Assembly (NCBI GenBank): GCA_032718475.1
Contig: JAUCBJ010004184.1
Location: 31,044-95,043 of the forward strand
Direction: 5' to 3'
Origin: Nemertoderma westbladi
Lineage: Eukaryota > Animalia > Xenacoelomorpha
DNA length: 64,000 nt
Every line of letters starts with the position of its first letter. The stretch's first letter is position 1. Below the pieces are notes generated by a model. That model worked only from the letters and a program-made list of their open reading frames with translations. It did no database searches and was not told the DNA's origin. The translations under genes were made by a program, and so were the position numbers. Below, piece after piece: positions 30,001 through 45,000 of this stretch.

Positions 30001-33000
30001 TCCCATACTTCATCTCTTCAATCCTTGCATTATTTCTCTCTTCCATGCTTCATCTCTTCCATCCTTGCATTATTTCTCTCTTCCATGCTTCCACTCTTCA
30101 ATCATTGCATTATTTCTCTCTTCCATGCTTCATCTCTTCCATCCTTGCATTATTTCTCTCTTCCATGCTTCCACTCTTCCATCCTTGCATTATTTCTCTC
30201 TTCCATGCTTCCACTCTTCAATCCTTGCATTATTTCTCTCTTCCATGCTTCCACTCTTCAATCCTTGCATTATTTCTCTCTTCCATGCTTCCACTCTTCA
30301 ATCATTGCATTATTTCTCTCTTCCATGCTTCATCTCATCCATCCTTGCATTATTTCTCTCTTCCATGCTTCCACTCTTCCATCCTTGCATTATTTCTCTC
30401 TTCCATGCTTCCACTCTTCAATCATTGCATTATTTCTCTCTTCCATGCTTCATCTCTTCCATCCTTGCATTATTTCTCTCTTCCATGCTTCATCTCTTCC
30501 ATCCTTGCATTATTTCTCTCTTCCATGCTTCCACTCTTCAATCCTTGCATTATTTCTCTCTTCCATGCTTCCACTCTTCAATCATTGCATTATTTCTCTC
30601 TTCCATGCTTCATCTCTTCCATCCTTGCATTATTTCTCTCTTACATGCTTCATCTCTTCCATCCTTGCATTATTTCTCTCTTCCATGCTTCATCTCTTCC
30701 ATCCTTGCATTATTTCTCTCTTCCATGCTTCATCTCTTCAATCATTGCATTATTTCTCTCTTCCATGCTTCCACTCTTCAATCATTGCATTATTTCTCTC
30801 TTCCATGCTTCATCTCTTCAATCCTTGCATTATTTCTCTCTTACATGCTTCATCTCTTCAATCCTTGCATTATTTCTCTCTTCCATGCTTCATCTCTTCA
30901 ATCCTTGCATTATTTCTCTCTTACATGCTTCATCTCTTCCATCCTTGCATTATTTATCTCTTCCATGCTTCATCTCTTCAATCCTTGTATTATTTCTCTC
31001 TTCCATGCTTCATCTCTTCAATCCTTGTATTATTTCTCTCTTCAATGCTTCCACTCGTCCATCCTTGCATTATTTCTCTCTTCCATGCTTAATCTCTGCC
31101 ATCCTTGCATTATTTCTCTCTTCCATGCTTCATCTCTTCAATCCTTGCATTATTTCTCTCTTCCATGCTTCCACTCTTCAATCCTTGCATTATTTCTCTC
31201 TTCCATGCTTCATATCTTCAATCCTTGCATTATTTCTCTCTTCCATGCTTCCACTCTTCAATCCTTGCATTATTTCTCTCTTCCATTCTTCCACTCTTCC
31301 ATCCTTGCATTATTTCTCTCTTCCATGCTTCATCTCTTCAATCCTTGCATTATTTCTCTCTTCCATGCTTCATCTCTTCCATCCTTGCATTATTTCTCTC
31401 TTCCATGCTTCATCTCTTCAATCCTTGCATTATTTATCTCTTCCATGCTTCATCTCTTCAATCCTTGCATTATTTCTCTCTTCCATGCTTCATCTCTTCA
31501 ATCCTTGCATTATTTCTCTCTTCCATGCTTCATATCTTCAATCCTTGCATTATTTCTCTCTTCCATGCTTCCACTCTTCAATCCTTGCATTATTTCTCTC
31601 TTCCATTCTTCCACTCTTCCATCCTTGCATTATTTCTCTCTTCCATGCTTCATCTCTTCAATCCTTGCATTATTTCTCTCTTCCATGCTTCATCTCTTCC
31701 ATCCTTGCATTATTTCTCTCTTCCATGCTTCATCTCTTCAATCCTTGCATTATTTATCTCTTCCATGCTTCATCTCTTCAATCCTTGCGTTATTTCTCTC
31801 TTCCATGCTTCATCTCTTCCATCCTTGCATTATTTCTCTCTTCCATGCTTCATCTCTTCAATCCTTGCATTATTTCTCTCTCCCGTGCTTCATATCTTCC
31901 ATCCTTGCATTATTTCTCTCTTCCATGCTTCCACTCTTCCATCCTTGCATTATTTCTCTCTTCCATGCTTCCACTCTTCCATCCTTGCATTATTTCTCTC
32001 TTCCATGCTTCATATCTTCCATCCTTGCATTATTTCTCTCTTCCATGCTTCATCTCTTCCATCCTTGCATTATTTCTCTCTTCCATGCTTCATCTCTTCA
32101 ATCCTTGCATTATTTATCTCTTCCATGCTTCATCTCTTCAATCCTTGCGTTATTTCTCTCTTCCATGCTTCATCTCTTCAATCCTTGCATTATTTATCTC
32201 TTCCATGCTTCATCTCTTCAATCCTTGCGTTATTTCTCTCTTCCATGCTTCATCTCTTCAATCCTTGCGTTATTTCTCTCTTCCATGCTTCATCTCTTCC
32301 ATCCTTGCATTATTTATCTCTTCCATGCTTCCACTCTTCCATCCTTGCGTTATTTCTCTCTTCCATGCTTCATCTCTTCCATCCTTGCATTATTTCTCTC
32401 TTCCATGCTTCATCTCTTCAATCCTTGCATTATTTCTCTCTCCCGTGCTTCATATCTTCCATCCTTGCATTATTTCTCTCTTCCATGCTTCATCTCTTCC
32501 ATCCTTGCATTATTTCTCTCTTCCATGCTTCATCTCTTCAATCCTTGCATTATTTATCTCTTCCATGCTTCATCTCTTCAATCCTTGCGTTATTTCTCTC
32601 TTCCATGCTTCATCTCTTCAATCCTTGCATTATTTATCTCTTCCATGCTTCATCTCTTCAATCCTTGCGTTATTTCTCTCTTCCATGCTTCATCTCTTCA
32701 ATCCTTGCGTTATTTCTCTCTTCCATGCTTCATCTCTTCCATCCTTGCATTATTTATCTCTTCCATGCTTCCACTCTTCCATCCTTGCGTTATTTCTCTC
32801 TTCCATGCTTCCACTCTTCCATCCTTGCATTATTTCTCTCTTCCATGCTTCCACTCTTCCATCCTTGCATTATTTCTCTCTTCCATGCTTCATATCTTCC
32901 ATCCTTGCATTATTTCTCTCTTCCATGCTTCATCTCTTCCATCCTTGCATTATTTCTCTCTTCCATGCTTCATCTCTTCCATCCTTGCATTATTTCTCTC

Positions 33001-36000
33001 TTCCATGCTTCCACTCTTCCATCCTTGCATTATTTCTCTCTTCCATGCTTCCACTCTTCCATCCTTGCATTATTTCTCTCTTCCATGCTTCATATCTTCC
33101 ATCCTTGCATTATTTCTCTCTTCCATGCTTCATCTCTTCCATCCTTGCATTATTTCTCTCTTCCATGCTTCATATCTTCCATCCTTGCATTATTTCTCTC
33201 TTCCATGCTTCATCTCTTCCATCCTTGCATTATTTATCTCTTCCATGCTTCATCTCTTCAATCCTTGCATTATTTATCTCTTCCATGCTTCATCTCTTCA
33301 ATCCTTGCGTTATTTCTCTCTTCCATGCTTCATCTCTTCAATCCTTGCATTATTTATCTCTTCCATGCTTCATCTCTTCAATCCTTGCGTTATTTCTCTC
33401 TTCCATGCTTCATCTCTTCAATCCTTGCGTTATTTCTCTCTTCCATGCTTCCACTCTTCCATCCTTGCATTATTTCTCTCTTCCATGCTTCATATCTTCC
33501 ATCCTTGCATTATTTCTCTCTTCCATGCTTCATCTCTTCCATCCTTGCATTATTTCTCTCTTCCATGATTCATCTCTTCCATCCTTGCATTATTTCTCTC
33601 TTACATGCTTCATCTCTTCCATCCTTGCATTATTTCTCTCTTCCATGCTTCATCTCTTCAATCCTTGCATTATTTATCTCTTCCATGCTTCATCTCTTCA
33701 ATCCTTGCATTATTTCTCTCTTCCATGCTTCCACTCTTCAATCCTTGCATTATTTCTCTCTTCCATGCTTCATCTCTTCCGTCCTTGCATTATTTATCTC
33801 TTCCATGCTTCATCTCTTCCGTCCTTGCATTATTTCTCTCTTCCATGCTTCATCTCTTCAATCCTTGCATTATTTCTCTCTTCCATGCTTCATCTCTTCC
33901 ATCCTTGCATTATTTCTCTCTTCCATGCATCATCTCTTCAATCCTTGCATTATTTCTCTCTTCCATGCTTCATCTCTTCCATCCTTGCATTATTTCTCTC
34001 TTCCATGCTTCATCTCTTCCATCCTTGCATTATTTCTCTCTTCCATGCTTCATCTCTTCAATCCTTGCATTATTTCTCTCTCCCGTGCTTCATATCTTCC
34101 ATCCTTGCATTATTTCTCTCTTCCATGCTTCCACTCTTCCATCCTTGCATTATTTCTCTCTTCCATGCTTCATCTCTTCAATCCTTGCATTATTTCTCTC
34201 TTCCATGCTTCATCTCTTCCATCCTTGCATTATTTCTCTCTTCCATGCTTCATCTCTTCCATCCTTGCATTATTTCTCTCTTCCATGCTTCATCTCTTCA
34301 ATCCTTGCATTATTTCTCTCTCCCGTGCTTCATATCTTCCATCCTTGCATTATTTCTCTCTTCCATGCTTCCACTCTTCCATCCTTGCATTATTTCTCTC
34401 TTCCATGCTTCCACTCTTCAATCCTTGCATTATTTCTCTCTTCCATGCTTCATCTCTTCCATCCTTGCATTATTTCTCTCTTCCATCCTTCCACTCTTCA
34501 ATCCTTGCATTATTTCTCTCTTCCATGCTTCATCTCTTCAATCCTTGCATTATTTCTCTCTTCCATGCTTCATCTCTTCCATCCTTGCATTATTTCTCTC
34601 TTCCATGCTTCATCTCTTCAATCCTTGCATTATTTATCTCTTCCATGCTTCATCTCTTCAATCCTTGCATTATTTCTCTCTTCCATGCTTCATCTCTTCA
34701 ATCCTTGCATTATTTCTCTCTTCCATGCTTCATCTCTTCAATCCTTGCATTATTTCTCTCTTCCATGCTTCATCTCTTCAATCCTTGCATTATTTCTCTC
34801 TTCCATGCTTCATCTCTTCAATCCTTGCATTATTTCTCTCTTCCATCCTTGCATTATTTCTCTCTTCCATGCTTCATCTCTTCAATCCTTGCATTATTTC
34901 TCTCTTCCATGCTTCATCTCTTCCATCCTTGCATTATTTCTCTCTTCCATGCTTCCACTCTTCCATCCTTGCATTATTTCTCTCTTCCATGCTTCATCTC
35001 TTCAATCCTTGTATTATTTCTCTCTTCCATGCTTCCACTCTTCAATCCTTGCATTATTTCTCTCTTCCATGCTTCCACTCTTCAATCCTTGCATTATTTC
35101 TCTCTTCCATCCTTCCACTCTTCAATCCTTGCATTATTTCTCTCTTCCATGCTTCATCTCTTCCATCCTTGCATTATTTCTCTCTTCCATGCTTCATCTC
35201 TTCAATCCTTGCATTATTTCTCTCTTCCATGCTTCATCTCTTCAATCCTTGCATTATTTCTCTCTTCCATCCTTGCATTATTTCTCTCTTCCATGCTTCC
35301 ACTCTTCAATCCTTGCATTATTTCTCTCTTCCATGCTTCATCTCTTCCATCCTTGCATTATTTCTCTCTTCCATCCTTCCACTCTTCCATCCTTGCATTA
35401 TTTCTCTCTTCCATGCTTCATCTCTTCAATCCTTGCATTATTTCTCTCTTCCATGCTTCATCTCTTCAATCCTTGCATTATTTCTCTCTCCCATGCTTCA
35501 TCTCTTCAATCCTTGCGTTATTTCTCTCTTCCATGCTTCATCTCTTCAATCCTTGCATTATTTCTCTCTCCCATGCTTCCACTCTTCCATCCTTGCATTA
35601 TTTCTCTCTTCCATGCTTCATCTCTTCAATCCTTGCATTATTTCTCTCTTCCATGCTTCATCTCTTCAATCCTTGCATTATTTCTCTCTCCATGCTTCAT
35701 ATCTTCCATCCTTGCATTATTTCTCTCTTCCATGCTTCATCTCTTCAATCATTGCATTATTTCTCTCTCCCGTGCTTCATATCTTCCATCCTTGCATTAT
35801 TTCTCTCTTCCATGCTTCCACTCTTCAATCCTTGCATTATTTCTCTCTTCCATGCTTCATCTCTTCCATCCTTGCATTATTTCTCTCTTCCATGCATCAT
35901 CTCTTCCATCCTTGCATTATTTCTCTCTTCCATCCTTCCACTCTTCCATCCTTGCATTATTTCTCTCTTCCATGCTTCATCTCTTCCATCCTTCCACTCT

Positions 36001-39000
36001 TCCATCCTTGCATTATTTCACTCTTCCATGCTTCATCTCTTCAATCCTTGCATTATTTCTCTCTTCCATGCTTCATATCTTCCATCCTTGCATTATTTCT
36101 CTCTTCCATGCTTCCACTCTTCCATCCTTGCATTATTTCTCTCTTCCATGCTTCATCTCTTCAATCCTTGCATTATTTCTCTCTCCCGTGCTTCATATCT
36201 TCCATCCTTGCATTATTTCTCTCTTCCATGCTTCCACTCTTCCATCCTTGCATTATTTCTCTCTTCCATGCTTCATCTCTCCAATCCTTGCATTATTTCT
36301 CTCTTCCATGCTTCATCTCTTCCATCCTTGCATTATTTCTCTCTTCCATGCTTCATCTCTTCAATCCTTGCATTATTTATCTCTTCCATGCTTCATCTCT
36401 TCAATCCTTGCATTATTTCTCTCTTCCATGCTTCCACTCTTCCATCCTTGCATTATTTCTCTCTTCCATGCTTCATCTCTCCAATCCTTGCATTATTTCT
36501 CTCTTCCATGCTTCATCTCTTCCATCCTTGCATTATTTCTCTCTTCCATGCTTCATCTCTTCAATCCTTGCATTATTTCTCTCTTCCATGCTTCATCTCT
36601 TCCATCCTTGCATTATTTCTCTCTTCCATGCTTCATCTCTCCAATCCTTGCATTATTTCTCTCTTCCATGCTTCATCTCTTCCATCCTTGCATTATTTCT
36701 CTCTTCCATGCTTCATCTCTTCAATCCTTGCATTATTTCTCTCTTCCATGCTTCATCTCTTCCATCCTTGCATTATTTCTCTCTTCCATGCTTCATCTCT
36801 TCAATCCTTGCATTATTTCTCTCTTCCATGCTTCCACTCTTCCATCCTTGCATTATTTCTCTCTTCCATGCTTCATCTCTCCAATCCTTGCATTATTTCT
36901 CTCTTCCATGCTTCATCTCTTCCATCCTTGCATTATTTCTCTCTTCCATGCTTCATCTCTTCAATCCTTGCATTATTTCTCTCTTCCATGCTTCATCTCT
37001 TCCATCCTTGCATTATTTCTCTCTTCCATCCTTCCACTCTTCCATCCTTGCATTATTTCTCTCTTCCATGCTTCATCTCTTCAATCCTTGCATTATTTCT
37101 CTCTTCCATGCTTCATCTCTCCAATCCTTGCATTATTTCTCTCTTCCATGCTTCATCTCTTCCATCCTTGCATTATTTCTCTCTTCCATGCTTCATCTCT
37201 TCAATCCTTGCATTATTTATCTCTTCCATGCTTCATCTCTTCCATCCTTGCATTATTTCTCTCTTCCATCCTTCCACTCTTCCATCCTTGCATTATTTCT
37301 CTCTTCCATGCTTCATCTCTTCAATCCTTGCATTATTTATCTCTTCCATGCTTCATATCTTCCATCCTTGCATTATTTCTCTCTTCCATGCTTCCACTCT
37401 TCCATCCTTGCATTATTTCTCTCTTCCATGCTTCATCTCTCCAATCCTTGCATTATTTCTCTCTTCCATGCTTCATCTCTTCCATCCTTGCATTATTTCT
37501 CTCTTCCATGCATCATCTCTTCAATCCTTGCATTATTTATCTCTTCCATGCTTCATCTCTTCCATCCTTGCATTATTTCTCTCTTACATGCTTCATCTCT
37601 TCAATCCTTGCATTATTTCTCTCTTCCATGCTTCCACTCTTCCATCCTTGCATTATTTATCTCTTCCATGCTTCATCTCTTCAATCCTTGCATTATTTCT
37701 CTCTTCCATGCTTCCACTCTTCCATCCTTGCATTATTTCTCTCTTCCATCCTTCCACTCTTCCATCCTTGCATTATTTCTCTCGTCCATGCTTCATATCT
37801 TCCATCCTTGCATTATTTCTCTCTTCCATGCTTCCACTCTTCCATCCTTGCATTATTTCTCTCTTCCATGCTTCATCTCTTCCATCCTTGCATTATTTCT
37901 CTCTTCCATGCTTCATCTCTTCAATCCTTGCATTATTTATCTCTTCCATGCTTCATCTCTTCAATCCTTGCATTATTTCTCTCTTCCATGCTTCCACTCT
38001 TCAATCCTTGCATTATTTCTCTCTTCCATGCTTCATCTCTTCCATCCTTGCATTATTTCTCTCTTCCATGCTTCATCTCTTCCATCCTTGCATTATTTCT
38101 CTCTTCCATGCTTCATCTCTTCAATCCTTGCATTATTTATCTCTTCCATCCTTCCACTCTTCCATCCTTGCATTATTTCTCTCTTCCATGCTTCATCTCT
38201 TCCATCCTTGCATTATTTCTCTCTTCCATCCTTCCACTCTTCCATCCTTGCATTATTTCTCTCTTCCATGCTTCATCTCTTCCATCCTTGCATTATTTCT
38301 CTCTTCCATCCTTCCACTCTTCCATCCTTGCATTATTTCTCTCTTCCATCCTTCCACTCTTCCATCCTTGCATTATTTCTCTCTTCCATGCTTCATCTCT
38401 TCCATCCTTGCATTATTTCTCTCTTCCATGCTTCATCTCTTCAATCCTTGCATTATTTATCTCTTCCATCCTTCCACTCTTCCATCCTTGCATTATTTCT
38501 CTCTTCCATGCTTCATCTCTTCCATCCTTGCATTATTTCTCTCTTCCATGCTTCATCTCTTCCATCCTTGCATTATTTCTCTCTTCCATGCTTCATCTCT
38601 TCAATCCTTGCATTATTTATCTCTTCCATCCTTCCACTCTTCCATCCTTGCATTATTTCTCTCTTCCATGCTTCATCTCTTCCATCCTTGCATTATTTCT
38701 CTCTTCCATGCTTCATCTCTTCCATCCTTGCATTATTTCTCTCTTCCATGCTTCATCTCTTCAATCCTTGCATTATTTATCTCTTCCATCCTTCCACTCT
38801 TCCATCCTTGCATTATTTCTCTCTTCCATGCTTCATCTCTTCCATCCTTGCATTATTTCTCTCTTCCATGCTTCATCTCTTCAATCCTTGCATTATTTAT
38901 CTCTTCCATCCTTCCACTCTTCAATCCTTGCATTATTTCTCTCTTCCATGCTTCATCTCTTCCATCCTTGCATTATTTCTCTCTTCCATGCTTCATCTCT

Positions 39001-42000
39001 TCCATCCTTGCATTATTTCTCTCTTCCATGCTTCATCTCTTCAATCCTTGCATTATTTATCTCTTCCATCCTTCCACTCTTCCATCCTTGCATTATTTCT
39101 CTCTTCCATGCTTCATCTCTTCCATCCTTGCATTATTTCTCTCTTCCATCCTTCCACTCTTCCATCCTTGCATTATTTCTCTCTTCCATGCTTCATCTCT
39201 TCCATCCTTGCATTATTTCTCTCTTCCATGCTTCATCTCTTCCATCCTTGCATTATTTCTCTCTTCCATGCTTCATCTCTTCAATCCTTGCATTATTTAT
39301 CTCTTCCATGCTTCATCTCTTCAATCCTTGCATTATTTCTCTCTTCCATGCTTCCACTCTTCAATCCTTGCATTATTTCTCTCTTCCATGCTTCATCTCT
39401 TCCATCCTTGCATTATTTCTCTCTTCCATCCTTCCACTCTTCCATCCTTGCATTATTTCTCTCTTCCATCCTTCCACTCTTCCATCCTTGCATTATTTCT
39501 CTCTTCCATGCATCATCTCTTCAATCCTTGCATTATTTCTCTCTTCCATGCATCATCTCTTCAATCCTTGCATTATTTCTCTCTCCCGTGCTTCATCTCT
39601 TCCATCCTTGCATTATTTCTCTCTTCCATCCTTCCACTCTTCCATCCTTGCATTATTTCTCTCTTCCATGCTTCATCTCTTCCATCCTTGCATTATTTCT
39701 CTCTTCCATCCTTCCACTCTTCCATCCTTGCATTATTTCTCTCTTCCATGCATCATCTCTCCAATCCTTGCATTATTTCTCTCTTCCATGCTTCATCTCT
39801 TCCATCCTTGCATTATTTCTCTCTTCCATGCTTCATCTCTTCAATCCTTGCATTATTTCTCTCTTCCATGCTTCCACTCTTCAATCCTTGCATTATTTCT
39901 CTCTTCCATGCTTCATCTCTTCCATCCTTGCATTATTTATCTCTTCCATGCTTCATCTCTTCAATCCTTGCATTATTTCTCTCTTCCATGCTTCCACTCT
40001 TCAATCCTTGCATTATTTCTCTCTTCCATGCTTCATCTCTTCAATCCTTGCATTATTTCTCTCTTCCATGCTTCATCTCTTCAATCCTTGCATTATTTCT
40101 CTCTTCCATGCATCATCTCTTCAATCCTTGCATTATTTCTCTCTCCCGTGCTTCATCTCTTCCATCCTTGCATTATTTCTCTCTTCCATCCTTCCACTCT
40201 TCCATCCTTGCATTATTTATCTCTTCCATGCTTCATCTCTTCCATCCTTGCATTATTTCTCTCTTCCATGCTTCATCTCTTCAATCCTTGCATTATTTCT
40301 CTCTTCCATGCTTCCACTCTTCAATCCTTGCATTATTTCTCTCTTCCATGCTTCCACTCTTCAATCCTTGCATTATTTCTCTCTTCCATGCTTCATCTCT
40401 TCAATCCTTGCATTATTTCTCTCTTCCATGCTTCCACTCTTCAATCCTTGCATTATTTCTCTCTTCCATGCTTCATCTCTTCAATCCTTGCATTATTTCT
40501 CTCTTCCATGCTTCCACTCTTCAATCCTTGCATTATTTATCTCTTCCATGCTTCATCTCTTCCATCCTTGCATTATTTCTCTCTTCCATGCTTCATCTCT
40601 TCAATCCTTGCATTATTTCTCTCTTCCATGCTTCCACTCTTCAATCCTTGCATTATTTCTCTCTTCCATGCTTCCACTCTTCCATCCTTTCATTATTTCT
40701 CTCTTCCATGCTTCATCTCTTCAATCCTTGCATTATTTCTCTCTTCCATGCTTCCACTCTTCAATCCTTGCATTATTTCTCTCTTCCATGCTTCCACTCT
40801 TCCATCCTTGCATTATTTCTCTCTTCCATGCTTCATCTCTTCAATCCTTGCATTATTTCTCTCTTCCATGCTTCCACTCTTCAATCCTTGCATTATTTCT
40901 CTCTTCCATGCTTCATCTCTTCCATCCTTGCATTATTTCTCTCTTCCATCCTTCCACTCTTCCATCCTTGCATTATTTATCTCTTCCATGCTTCATCTCT
41001 TCCATCCTTGCATTATTTCTCTCTTCCATGCTTCATCTCTTCAATCCTTGCATTATTTCTCTCTTCCATGCTTCCACTCTTCAATCCTTGCATTATTTCT
41101 CTCTTCCATGCTTCCACTCTTCAATCCTTGCATTATTTCTCTCTTCCATGCTTCATCTCTTCAATCCTTGCATTATTTCTCTCTTCCATGCTTCCACTCT
41201 TCAATCCTTGCATTATTTCTCTCTTCCATGCTTCCACTCTTCAATCCTTGCATTATTTCTCTCTTCCATCCTTCCACTCTTCCATCCTTGCATTATTTCT
41301 CTCTTCCATGCTTCATCTCTTCAATCCTTGCATTATTTCTCTCTTCCATGCTTCCACTCTTCAATCCTTGCATTATTTCTCTCTTCCATGCTTCCACTCT
41401 TCCATCCTTTCATTATTTCTCTCTTCCATGCTTCATCTCTTCAATCCTTGCATTATTTCTCTCTTCCATGCTTCCACTCTTCAATCCTTGCATTATCTCT
41501 CTCTTCCATCCTTCCACTCTTCCATCCTTGCATTATTTCTCTCTTCCATGCTTCATCTCTTCAATCCTTGCATTATTTCTCTCTTCCATGCTTCCACTCT
41601 TCAATCCTTGCATTATTTCTCTCTTCCATGCTTCCACTCTTCAATCCTTGCATTATTTCTCTCTTCCATGCTTCATCTCTTCAATCCTTGCATTATTTCT
41701 CTCTTCCATGCTTCCACTCTTCAATCCTTGCATTATTTCTCTCTTCCATGCTTCCACTCTTCAATCCTTGCATTATTTCTCTCTTCCATCCTTCCACTCT
41801 TCCATCCTTGCATTATTTCTCTCTTCCATGCTTCATCTCTTCAATCCTTGCATTATTTCTCTCTTCCATGCTTCCACTCTTCAATCCTTGCATTATTTCT
41901 CTCTTCCATGCTTCCACTCTTCCATCCTTTCATTATTTCTCTCTTCCATGCTTCATCTCTTCAATCCTTGCATTATTTCTCTCTTCCATGCTTCCACTCT

Positions 42001-45000
42001 TCAATCCTTGCATTATTTCTCTCTTCCATCCTTCCACTCTTCCATCCTTGCATTATTTCTCTCTTCCATGCTTCATCTCTTCAATCCTTGCATTATTTCT
42101 CTCTTCCATGCTTCCACTCTTCAATCCTTGCATTATTTCTCTCTTCCATGCTTCCACTCTTCCATCCTTTCATTATTTCTCTCTTCCATGCTTCATCTCT
42201 TCAATCCTTGCATTATTTCTCTCTTCCATGCTTCCACTCTTCAATCCTTGCATTATTTCTCTCTTCCATCCTTCCACTCTTCCATCCTTGCATTATTTCT
42301 CTCTTCCATGCTTCATCTCTTCAATCCTTGCATTATTTCTCTCTTCCATGCTTCATCTCTTCAATCCTTGCATTATTTCTCTCTTCCATGCTTCATCTCT
42401 TCAATCCTTGCATTATTTCTCTCTTCCATGCATCATCTCTTCAATCCTTGCATTATTTCTCTCTCCCATGCTTCATCTCTTCCATCCTTGCATTATTTCT
42501 CTCTTCCATGCTTCATCTCTTCAATCCTTGCATTATTTATCTCTTCCATGCTTCATCTCTTCAATCCTTGCATTATTTCTCTCTTCCATGCTTCCACTCT
42601 TCAATCCTTGCATTATTTCTCTCTTCCATGCTTCATCTCTTCCATCCTTGCATTATTTCTCTCTTCCATCCTTCCACTCTTCAATCATTGCATTATTTCT
42701 CTCTTCCATGCTTCATCTCTTCCATCCTTGCATTATTTCTCTCTTCCATGCATCATCTCTTCAATCCTTGCATTATTTCTCTCTTCCATGCTTCCACTCT
42801 TCAATCCTTGCATTATTTCTCTCTTCCATGCTTCATCTCTTCCATCCTTGCATTATTTCTCTCTTCCATCCTTCCACTCTTCCATCCTTGCATTATTTCT
42901 CTCTTCCATCCTTCCACTCTTCCATCCTTGCATTATTTCTCTCTTCCATGCATCATCTCTTCAATCCTTGCATTATTTCTCTCTTCCATGCATCATCTCT
43001 TCAATCCTTGCATTATTTCTCTCTCCCGTGCTTCATCTCTTCCATCCTTGCATTATTTCTCTCTTCCATCCTTCCACTCTTCCATCCTTGCATTATTTCT
43101 CTCTTCCATGCTTCATCTCTTCAATCCTTGCATTATTTCTCTCTTCCATGCTTCATCTCTTCCATCCTTGCATTATTTCTCTCTTCCATCCTTCCACTCT
43201 TCCATCCTTGCATTATTTCTCTCTTCCATGCATCATCTCTTCCATCCTTGCATTATTTCTCTCTTCCATGCTTCATCTCTTCAATCCTTGCATTATTTCT
43301 CTCTTCCATGCTTAATCTCTTCAATCATTGCATTATTTCTCTCTTCCATGCTTAATCTCTTCCATCCTTGCATTATTTCTCTCTTCCATGCTTAATCTCT
43401 TCAATCATTGCATTATTTCTCTCTTCCATGCTTCCACTCTTCCATCCTTGCGTTATTTCTCTCTTCCATGCTTCCACTCTTCAATCCTTGCATTATTTCT
43501 CTCTTCCATGCTTCATCTCTTCAATCATTGCATTATTTCTCTCTTCCATGCTTCCACTCTTCCATCCTTGCATTATTTCTCTCTTCCATGCTTCATCTCT
43601 TCCATCCTTGCATTATTTCTCTCTTCCATGCTTCATCTCTTCAATCCTTGCATTATTTATCTCTTCCATGCTTCATCTCTTCAATCCTTGCATTATTTCT
43701 CTCTTCCATGCTTCCACTCTTCAATCCTTGCATTATTTCTCTCTTCCATGCTTCATCTCTTCAATCCTTGCATTATTTCTCTCTTCCATGCATCATCTCT
43801 TCAATCCTTGCATTATTTCTCTCTTCCATGCTTCCACTCTTCAATCCTTGCATTATTTCTCTCTTCCATGCTTCATCTCTTCCATCCTTGCATTATTTCT
43901 CTCTTCCATCCTTCCACTCTTCCATCCTTGCATTATTTCTCTCTTCCATCCTTCCACTCTTCCATCCTTGCATTATTTCTCTCTTCCATGCTTCATCTCT
44001 TCAATCCTTGCATTATTTCTCTCTTCCATGCTTCATCTCTTCCATCCTTGCATTATTTCTCTCTTCCATCCTTCCACTCTTCCATCCTTGCATTATTTCT
44101 CTCTTCCATGCATCATCTCTTCCATCCTTGCATTATTTCTCTCTTCCATGCTTCATCTCTTCAATCCTTGCATTATTTCTCTCTTCCATGCTTAATCTCT
44201 TCAATCATTGCATTATTTCTCTCTTCCATGCTTAATCTCTTCCATCCTTGCATTATTTCTCTCTTCCATGCTTAATCTCTTCAATCATTGCATTATTTCT
44301 CTCTTCCATGCTTCCACTCTTCCATCCTTGCGTTATTTCTCTCTTCCATGCTTCCACTCTTCAATCCTTGCATTATTTCTCTCTTCCATGCTTCATCTCT
44401 TCAATCATTGCATTATTTCTCTCTTCCATGCTTCCACTCTTCCATCCTTGCATTATTTCTCTCTTCCATGCTTCATCTCTTCCATCCTTGCATTATTTCT
44501 CTCTTCCATGCTTCATCTCTTCAATCCTTGCATTATTTATCTCTTCCATGCTTCATCTCTTCAATCCTTGCATTATTTCTCTCTTCCATGCTTCATCTCT
44601 TCAATCCTTGCGTTATTTCTCTCTTCCATGCTTCCACTCTTCCATCCTTGCATTATTTCTCTCTTCCATCCTTGCATTATTTCTCTCTTCCATGCTTCCA
44701 CTCTTCAATCATTGCATTATTTCTCTCTTCCATGCTTCCACTCTTCAATCATTGCATTATTTCTCTCTTCCATGCTTCCACTCTTCAATCATTGCATTAT
44801 TTATCTCTTCCATGCTTAATCTCTGCCATCCTTGCATTATTTCTCTCTTCCATGCTTCCACTCTTCAATCCTTGCATTATTTCTCTCTTCCATGCTTCCA
44901 CTCTTCAATCATTGCATTATTTATCTCTTCCATGCTTCATCTCTTCCATCCTTGCATTATTTCTCTCTTCCATGCTTCATCTCTTCAATCCTTGCATTAT

